This document shows positions 54,842 through 64,000 of a stretch of DNA of 64,000 bases, in pieces. The notes beneath the pieces are model-generated. The model was not told where the DNA came from. It made no database searches and saw only the letters and a list, made by a program, of their open reading frames with translations. Position 1 is the stretch's first letter. Each line of letters opens with the position of its first letter. Position numbers and translations under genes: made by a program. This stretch comes from Octopus sinensis (lineage: Eukaryota), in NCBI RefSeq assembly GCF_006345805.1, contig NC_042998.1, positions 47,368,001-47,432,000 on the forward strand, written 5' to 3'.

Positions 54842-55094
54842 CACTCGACTGCACATACTCCCTCATTGTACTGGGTAAGTCACAGACAGATGAGAAGCAG
54901 TATTAGAACCGAAAAGCAATCGGTGTGTCTTAACGAGGATATGCTAATAGAAAGTGACGTTACTGTGGTAATCGGCTGAAGAAGAGGTATCATATATACA
55001 CTTTGTCTCAATAGTAGGCACATACATACGTACATACATACATATTTTTATGTATGTTATTACACACACACGTATATATATATATATAATATAT

Positions 55095-55141
<47 letters not shown>

Positions 55142-55446
55142 ATATGTAAGCAAATCTTGTTGTAACTCGGGAGGGTCAATACGCCAATAAAACATACACA
55201 CACTGGTTCGATTTTATTTCGTTATTATTATCCAGTAATTGGTTAGTTATTTTACCAACTAGATGACCGAATGTTTGCTTAATAATTCGGTGGATCAAAC
55301 AATCAGTTGTTTTTGCTTAAGTCTTCTCGTCTCCATTCTCGTCCACTTAACAGTTGATTAACCTTGATTCAGTTAAGAAATTCAAGCAATTTGCAGTTTG
55401 TGATAACATTTTATATTTTTTGATAATTTAGTTCATGTATGTACGT

Positions 55447-55655
55447 CGGCGAGTTGGCAAAATTGTTAACACACCTGGCAAAATACTTAGCGACGTTTCA
55501 CCCGTCTTTACTTTCTGAGTTCAAATTCCGCTGAAATCGACTTTGCTTTTCATCATTTCGGGGTCGATAAAATAAGTACCAGTTGAGAACTAGAATTGAT
55601 GTAATCGACTTACCCCATCTGCCGAAATTACTTGCCTTCTGCCAAAATTTGAGAC
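55447..55655 (+). mobile_element. tRNA-derived SINE
   Basis: ggcgagttggcaaaattgttaac...gagttcaaattccg...ggggtcgataaaataagtaccag. Confidence 0.85.
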
Positions 55656-55859
55656 TAATAATGTAACTCCTGTGTTACTAATTTATTAACGGATTGATTG
55701 TAAACTTTTGTAGATTTTTCAATTTGCTGAAGTGACATTTATTCGATTGAATCAGCAACCTCAGTGCATGTTATAGATTTCCGTGTATGCCTTAGATTTC
55801 AGTGTGTGTTATAGATTTACATTTCTGAGGGATAAAATCTAAATTCGGTATCGGAGTGG

Positions 55860-56070
55860 TTTGAACGTTCTATTATCTGGTGCGGATGCATCAGATGTCT
55901 GGACGTCATTGCGGAATATATCCAAGAGGCTCAACGTTACTGTGGAGGATGCAGAGGGGCTGGCACAAGACTACCAGCGATAGAGAGCAATGAAAGACCT
56001 GGTCTCTGGGACCACTAATCTGGGATGGCCCCAACCCCATGAAGCAAGAGCCTGAAACAACATAAGTAGT
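55860..56070 (+). mobile_element. RTE-like 3' fragment
   Basis: KRLNVTVEDAEGLAQD..R motif. Confidence 0.45.
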
Positions 56071-56712
56071 GATTTGAACTCAGCATGGAATAGGACATAA
56101 CCCAAATTTAAAAAAAAATTTAGCCTGGTAAGTACTCATTTACTTCTGTCATTTAATGGCCTTTTAATAACGTATTTATTTGTTATAAAAAGCATTATAA
56201 CTCACATATAAATAAAGTCTACCACTTGATTTAAAATAAATTTTGAGTTCGGAAAGAAAGCGGTCAGATATAATTAACTCCTCTTTTAGAAATGTATTCG
56301 ATCACATTAAAATCAAGCACATCATATGCAAAGTACGTATATATGTATGTATGTATGTATGTTTATGTACACACATACATGAATATATACATACATACAT
56401 ATATATATATAATATATATATATATATAATATATATATATATATATAGATATATATATATATATTATATATATATAATATATATATATATATATACATAT
56501 ATATACATGCATATATATATATATATATACATATATATACATGCATATATGTGTATATATATATACATATACATATATGTATATATATATATATACATAT
56601 ATATATACACATGCATATATGTGTGTATATATATATATAATTTTCCGTATTTTGTTCATTCTTGGACACACACACACATATATATATATATAATTATATA
56701 TATATATATATT

Positions 56713-56744
<32 letters not shown>

Positions 56745-56903
56745 CGTATATACATGTATATATATATATATATGTATATACATGTATGTATGTATGTAAA
56801 AACGACATTTATAGACCTGACATATAACATAAGCGTCATTAATTCTTACGCAGAATAAAACACCAAACAAAATGGAGTAGGGGGTAGGTGACTAAATAAA
56901 CAA

Positions 56904-56960
56904 CTGAAGACGGTTTCACTCTCAAGCCTGACAAGGCTTCGTATAAGAGTGGCTGTAAAC
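56904..56960 (+). ncRNA. Degenerate hammerhead-like motif with branched stem II
   Basis: CTGAAGA cggtttcactct...agagtggctg tAAAC; internal aagcc/ggctt hairpin. Confidence 0.4.
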
Positions 56961-57559
56961 CAACTTTTATGACATCGACTTCAAAGCTAAATACCGGTTA
57001 CGAGATGAGACTTTTTCAGGACGAGAAATAAATAAAACTAAAAAAAAATTAGATAAAAATTATTGCACCCCAATGGGGGACTATATGTGGGTGGATGTAT
57101 TTAAGTGGTAAAACGTATGAGGAGCGTAAAGAATATGGAGAACAGAGTGTAGGGAAGAAGTGAAAATATCTACTCTATTAAAGAGACAAATAAAATCAAG
57201 TTGCAGGGAACTGCTTCAAGGGGTAAATATGATGACGGAGTTTTATTTTTGCTAAAGAAACTCAAGATATATTACTCAGATAATCTAATATTTTTTATTG
57301 TACGAAATCTGTCGTTATTAGACAAGCAATGTTTGATTTATTTATTAGGAAAGACGTCACCCTGAAAACATGAAATATAACTAGTACAGCAATATATGCA
57401 AGATATATAAAAACTTTATAAGTGTCATGCAATTGTTAACATCGTTACAATGGGAGTTCTTACTTGCTGTCAGTAATTCATGAACAGTAGGACACATGAA
57501 TTTGTTTTATTCTTTGTCATATCGACGATGAGGTTCCACATGTACAATCTTAGGTTATA

Positions 57560-58330
57560 ATAACGAAAGCCGATCAATATCCTCCACAGCTTTCTGTATC
57601 GGTCTCCAGTGTGCCAACTGTCAATGTCAATGCCCAATCTCCTCATGTTATAATTAACCACAATATTCTACCGTGGCTTAACCCGATTTCTTGTATCGCT
57701 AGCCCACTGTGATTACAGGATTGTAGTCGGTAACATCCTTTTCTGACTTCTTTGGAATACTCTAGCCATTTGGTGTTTCAGTGGTCAAATATCTCTTCCA
57801 AAATAGGTAGGCTTGACTTTCTCTAGGGTCGAACTGTTCCCCACCTTACCTTTTCAAGTGATGTTCATGAACTGCCTTAGATGTACGATCATGAATATTT
57901 AAGATATGCTACTCGTAGTATAAGTCCATGCTTCTGATCTATGACATAGGTGAATCACCTTGTTAATGGTTATAGATTTCGCTTTACTTGGCCTGTAACG
58001 TCTTAGTTGCTCTTCCAACCTTCCAGTCGTCACTCTTGCTCGTACTGCTATCTAGTTTGACACTGAGACTACTTTCACTACAAATTTTATTGTCCAACAA
58101 GGCTGAGCTGAATGCTTCTGTCAGTTTCTACTCTTTGATGTTAATGGTCCTCGATTGTCCCACCTGGTTCGAGTCGGGACTTCACTGATGGCGAACTTCG
58201 TGGATGTTAATGTTCAGTTTTAACTTTTGTAACAGCACATCCAAAAGCTTCCAGTGGATATTGCCAAAGCAAGAGCACAACCAGTAACATCTCTCTGGCT
58301 AAGACATAGTAATGAGTTTTGTTTGCAGGT
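57560..58330 (-). mobile_element. Old RTE-clade LINE remnant
   Basis: SEAWT, LRQFMNIT.K, MRRLGIDIDSW...RKLWR. Confidence 0.6.
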
Positions 58331-58964
58331 GATGATGCAAAAGCTACACTGAAATTAGAAAATATAAAATTGCTTTGCTTGCATTTAATATCGATAGTAG
58401 TTATAAAATAGAAAATAAGGAAACGCCATAGTAATTACTATTATCCGTTTCAATTACTCTGTTATCTTTCATTCAAGTTGGCTGACATGCTATTTTTCAA
58501 ATGTTGTTCCTCCTTGAACAGACATGGTAAATATCATAAAATGTAGAAATCTGAGTATTCGAAACTTCAAATAAATTAGATTCTTGAAATCCTCAACAAT
58601 TTCTTCTGTTACCGATTAATACAAAATATAGAAAATAGTGTTGAAAATTACAAGGAATATTAGAAACGGCCATTCTTTTTTAATCTTGTTACTAGTAATA
58701 TTGTTATTCATTCAATAATCCAAGTTCAGCCCAGATTTTAACTAAACATCGTAGCACATTCTGTATGTTAATCTATTATCTTCACAACTGCGGATTTGAG
58801 CCCAGAACACTGAAACACTGAGAACAATGGAATAAAAGGCTCTGCATAGAATTACACAGACTCGCTCGTCTCGGTATAAGATAATACGTCTCTATTTTGA
58901 ATAAAGTACACAATATTTATATACATATATTACGAGAGTACCAAAACCATAGTTATTTTTTCCT

Positions 58965-59162
58965 AATTCTGTAACAACGCCAGCAAATTTTAGGGGCGAA
59001 AGCAAGTTCATTATATTGAACGTAGTACTGCACTTGTACTTATTTTATTGACTCCGAAAGGCAAAGTCTACCTCGGTGGCATTTGAACTGAGTACGTAAA
59101 GCCAGAAGAAATGCCATTAAGCCCTTTCTCTGGGTGCTAATGATTATGCCAGCTCGCCGCCT
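58965..59162 (-). mobile_element. Diverged tRNA-derived SINE
   Basis: ...tttgaactgag...gccagctcgccgcct. Confidence 0.75.
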
Positions 59163-59689
59163 TTACCAAATCTGTAATTATTAAAAGTATACGTGTATTC
59201 ATACATAACCTCCGCGCGCGCGCGCACATACACATATAAAGGAATTCCTGAAGAAAATCCATTGGCATATGTGTCCATACTGTTGTTGACATCAGATGCC
59301 CGAATACTGTGGACGAGCTTTAAACAGTTTACTACTAGGTGCCTACCTGAATATGAAATTATTACCTTATATACATATGTGTGTGTGTGTGTGTGTGTGT
59401 GCGTATGCATGTATGCATAATATGTATGTATTTGTACATATCTATGTCTCTGAGTTTGTGTTTGTGAGCCCAACACCACTTGATAATCGTTGTTGGTTTG
59501 TTTACATCCCTGTAACTTTGCAGTTCGATATACCAGAAGGATTGAGTAAGACCCAGGTTTAAAAAATAAGTACTAGAATCGATTCTTTCGACGAAAACCC
59601 TTCAGTTCTGGGTCCCAAAATGACCGCAATCCAATAACTGAAACAAGGAAAGGATGCAACGCACACACACACTAATGTTTGAAGTTATA

Positions 59690-59950
59690 AAAACAAATAA
59701 ATGCGCCCCTTTTAAAGCCTAGCCAGGCTCATGGGCCCGGTTTCCCGGTTTCAATGGCGTATGTGTTCCCCAACTGGACGGAACGCCAGTCAATCGCAGC
59801 GTTACTCATTTTTGCCAGCTGAGTGAACTGGAGCAACGTGAAATGAAGTGTTTTGCTCAAGAACACAACGTATCGACCGGTCCAGGAATCGAAACAATAA
59901 TCTTACGATCATGATGCTGACACCCTAACCACTAAGCTACGCGCCTCCAC
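59690..59950 (-). mobile_element. tRNA-derived SINE with 13 bp TSD
   Basis: TSD gtttgaagttata at 59677-59689 and 59951-59963; reverse-complement head ggcgcgtagcttagtggttagg...gtttcgattcc. Confidence 0.9.
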
Positions 59951-60155
59951 GTTTGAAGTTATAGCAAATGCAATTTCACATGAAACTGAAAACTTACTCA
60001 ATGTTTTTTGTAAACTCAGACCTGAAGGTAATGCAGAGATGGTAGTTGCAATAATTCAGCTAGTGAGGAAGGAGTATTTTGACTAAAGTCGATTCTCACA
60101 TTTCTTCGAAGTCTATACTATCTACATTAGTTTTTGCACACACATATGCATGTAC

Positions 60156-60157
<2 letters not shown>

Positions 60158-60186
<29 letters not shown>

Positions 60187-60368
60187 TGTATGTATGTATG
60201 TATGTATGTATGTATGTATGTATGTATGTATTTATGCATGTATGCATGTATGTATGTATGTATGTATGTATGTATGTATGTATGTATGCATGTATGTATG
60301 TATGTATGTATGTATGCATGCATGCATGTATGTATGTATGTATGTATGTATGTATGTATGTATGTATG
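60158..60368. repeat. (TATG)n microsatellite
   Basis: Direct reading. Confidence 0.98.
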
Positions 60369-60473
60369 CATTAACTATGACTGAGGGTGTTAGTACACCC
60401 ACAATGCTAGAAACAAGAGCAAAAGCGCTCTGATGCTGCAGTCAACGCGCTTAATTGCATACATACTGACAAT

Positions 60474-60744
60474 GACCGTAAACGGTGGGAAGCGGCAGTC
60501 AAGGTGTCCCTATACTATCGGACAATTTCGGCTTTAAACTGTTGCCTACTTTAATTATTTGTATACACATTAGTGATTCGCTGAATCATCCATAGATTTC
60601 TTTGGTGTAGACATATATACTAGCGGCGATATTGTCCGGAATCTGGCGAGTCGTGCCGATCCTACTGAAGAGGGTTCCGTGTTAAAGCCGAAACTGTCCG
60701 ACAGTACAGGGATATCTCGACTGCCGCTTTCGCCATTTACGGTC
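60474..60744. mobile_element. Inverted-arm element with hammerhead
   Basis: 60474-60537 is the reverse complement of 60682-60744. Confidence 0.75.
60661..60710 (+). ncRNA. Type I hammerhead motif, intact core
   Basis: ccta CTGAAGA GGgTT...AAGCC GAAA CTGTC c GACAG TA cagg. Confidence 0.72.
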
Positions 60745-60839
60745 TCTGTCAGTATGTATGTAAGCAATTATGAGCGTTGGTATGTGTGTGTGTGTATGTG
60801 TGCGTACGCGGGTGCGGGCGCGTGTGTATATACATACAT

Positions 60840-61006
60840 GCATACATACATACACACACACGCGCGCGCGCATATATATATATATTTGTATATGTATATA
60901 TATACATACATACATATATATATATATATGTATATATGTATATAAATGTATGTATATATAATATATATAATATGTATATATGTATATATATATATATGTA
61001 TATATG

Positions 61007-61041
<35 letters not shown>

Positions 61042-61140
61042 ATATGTATATATGTATATATATATATGTATGTATATGTATATATATAATATATGTATGT
61101 ATATGTATATATATATGTATGTATATATATTATATATATG

Positions 61141-61230
<90 letters not shown>

Positions 61231-61242
61231 AATATATATATG

Positions 61243-61275
<33 letters not shown>

Positions 61276-61304
61276 GTTATATATATATATATATATATTA
61301 TATG

Positions 61305-61381
<77 letters not shown>

Positions 61382-61393
61382 TATATATATATA
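60840..61393. repeat. Long compound (TA)n microsatellite
   Basis: Direct reading. Confidence 0.98.
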
Positions 61394-62554
61394 AGTATGG
61401 GGCGAATCATTTGACTAAAACTGCGGTGCTCAAGCATGGCCGCTGTTTAATGACTGAAACAAGCAAAAAACTAAAAATTAACCAATCATATACCGATATG
61501 CATACACACACGCATGCACATACATACATACATACATACATACATACATACATACATACAAACGTACATATATATGTATAAATGCATGTATACAACATAC
61601 TTCAAAATGTGTGCGCAGTCTCCCCTTGTGATGTATATAACCTAAATAAGTAAGCAAACAATAAAAATTGGCCGTATTACTTTTATATCTTGGAACTAAT
61701 TCAACTGTGGGCTTATACACACCAGGGAAGCTACCGAGACCTATAAATGTAGTCATATCTAGTATGACACTTCAAAGTGACAAACAGACAAATAGACAGC
61801 CATGCAAGAAAAGCAAGGAATAATCCGAAAGACAGATAAACGACCAGACGTACAGATACGCTCGATATATAGATAGATGAATAATTAGTTAGATAGATAG
61901 AGAGGGTGAGAGATTGGTAGATAAATAGACAGATAGATGGATAGATAAGCGAGCAGGCAGGCAGGCAGGCAGGGTGATAGATGACTTTCTTGGGCGCAGA
62001 CGACAGCAATAGTAACAATAACATCACAATGTCACTTAACAATATTAAGTGACCGTACTGTCCACGTCAACATCCATTTTTTTTTTAACAAGTAGACTCG
62101 ATCTAAAGTAAGCATCACTGAAGACATTTTGTATTTTTTCAATCCTCTTTTCTCCACCTCTTTCTTTCTTTCTCTCTATCTCTCTCCCTCTCTCTTTCTT
62201 ACGAACTTTCTGGAAGGTTAAACAATAATCGCTAACGAAGATACAATCTTATTTTCTCCTTAGACAAGCAACAAATCTCTCAGACACCGCCCACTGCATC
62301 CACCAATTCATCCATCCAGCAACGTCCATTTTAGTAGTGTTTTTTCACGCATAGCCAAACTTCAATTAAATACTGTTTTTGATTTTATTATTTCCTTTTT
62401 ACTCTTTAAATCCCATCAATTTCTCTCGTATTCATTCCTATTCTTTTAGTATAAAAACATTTAAGTGTCCCTTTTAGAGCTAACCCATTCAAATACAAGT
62501 TTTGGGGTATAGACAGCAGAAGAATAAAATGTGGGGTGAAAATTGATTTTTTAT

Positions 62555-62785
62555 AGGTGTAGGTGTGGCTCTGTGGCTAGAAAATTGCCTCCTAGCCATA
62601 TGGTACTGGGTTCAGTCTTAATGCGCAGCATATTCGACAAATATTTTCTACTATTGGTTGTGTGGTAAGAAGCTTGCTTTCCAACCACTTAGTTCCGGGA
62701 TCGGTTTCTCTGCGTTGCACTTTTGGCAAGTGTCTTCTACTATAGCCTCGGGCCGATAAAAGCCTTGATAGACGGAAACTGAAAG
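62555..62785 (+). mobile_element. CORE-type SINE(s), one head nested before a second copy
   Basis: Two tRNA-like heads (62555, about 62655), then the CORE body. Confidence 0.7.
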
Positions 62786-62822
62786 TATGTAGTATGAATA
62801 TATATATATATACATACATACA

Positions 62823-62857
<35 letters not shown>

Positions 62858-62904
62858 GTATATATATAAAACTTACTTGGAAGTGGATGCGTTACGTTCC
62901 ATCA

Positions 62905-63285
62905 TATAATAACAATACAATAAATAAAACATATGCATATATACATACATACATGTACGTACCTACATCTATATGTATATATACATGCATATATGGGTAC
63001 AGGACACCCAAAAAAACGTCGAACACAATGAGAAACGAAAACATAACACGGGGTAGACGAAACGGAGGCGGCTGAAGACGGGGAATTTTCCTTGTGTTGT
63101 ACTGCTTTTTCGTTGTTTAAAAAAATGTCCGCTTTCATGGTTCTGTTTTTATGTTTTCGTTTCTCATTGTCTTCGACGTTTTTCTTGTGTCCTGTACCCA
63201 TATATGCATGTATATATACATATAGATGTAGGTACGTACATATATGTGTGTATATATGAATATGTTTTATTTATTATTTTGTTAT

Positions 63286-63335
<50 letters not shown>

Positions 63336-63650
63336 ATAACAAAATAATAAATAAAACATATTCATATATACACACATATATGTACGTACCTACATCTATA
63401 TGTTATATACATGCATATATGGGTACAGGACACAAGAAAAACGTCGAAGACAATGAGAAACGAAAACATAAAAACAGAACCATGAAAGCGGACATTTTTT
63501 TAAACAACGAAAAAGCAGTACAACACAAGGAAAATTCCCCGTCTTCAGCCGCCTCCGTTTCGTCTACCCCGTGTTATGTTTTCGTTTCTCATTGTGTTCG
63601 ACGTTTTTTTGGGTGTCCTGTACCCATATATGCATGTATATATACATATA
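62905..63650. repeat. Nested palindrome: self-inverted element plus its near-perfect inverted copy across (TA)n
   Basis: About 62970-63294 is the reverse complement of 63329-63650; same family as about 495-730. Confidence 0.88.
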
Positions 63651-63683
63651 TATATATATACATAGATATATATACATATATAT

Positions 63684-63745
<62 letters not shown>

Positions 63746-63778
63746 TATATACATAGATATATATACATATACATATAT

Positions 63779-63985
63779 AGTTGGCATTTACAAAAAAATA
63801 AACAAAACAAAGGACGTAGACGGGTGCGTAAACATCAAACAGAGGTATTAGTTTAACGCTCGGGAAGTGAGAGTCTTTTGCGTTTCGAGACTACGCTCTT
63901 CAACAGAAAGGAACACAGAAATAAACAGAGAGAGAAAAATTTAAAAATAGATTTAGTAGCTAGCGATCAGTCATGGCGAATGCCG
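63779..63985 (-). mobile_element. Family A-related hammerhead-like element
   Basis: Reverse complement of 63874-63910: cttt CTGTTGA a gagc-gtag-tctc GAAA cg cA aaag. Confidence 0.65.
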
Positions 63986-64000
63986 GACAAAGGTGGTCAG

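Noticed and set aside
63050-63095. Circularly permuted hammerhead (GAAAC...CTGAAGA)
   Set aside because: No UH cleavage site and no closing stems can be drawn

Overview
AT-rich, microsatellite-dense eukaryotic DNA with no host protein-coding gene that I can support. The repeat repertoire (tRNA-derived SINE families, long (TA)n/(TATG)n/(TATC)n/(AAT)n tracts) is what I would expect of an octopus or other coleoid cephalopod genome; that assignment is inference. Nearly all listed ORFs are microsatellite translation artefacts. Real coding remnants are all transposon-derived: a young 5'-truncated CR1-group LINE (37.6-40.3 kb), R4/Dong-like RLE-LINE remnants, several RTE remnants, a Chapaev3-like DNA transposon (52.7-54.8 kb) and Tc1/mariner and hAT-like MITEs. 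The main unexplained signal is a dense set of about 15 hammerhead-ribozyme-like motifs (CTGAnGA...stem II...GAAA + palindromic stem III + UH). They belong to several unrelated short non-coding elements that sit in or next to microsatellites, mostly (TA)n. They repeatedly occur as outward-facing inverted pairs or partial tandems, the architecture of Penelope-like element pLTRs and retrozymes. One multi-copy family shows a non-canonical CUGUUGA-type core, and several carry unusually long stem II inserts. The window also shows locally templated insertions and (TA)n-centred inverted duplications. Coordinates were read by eye and element ends may be off by a few bases.
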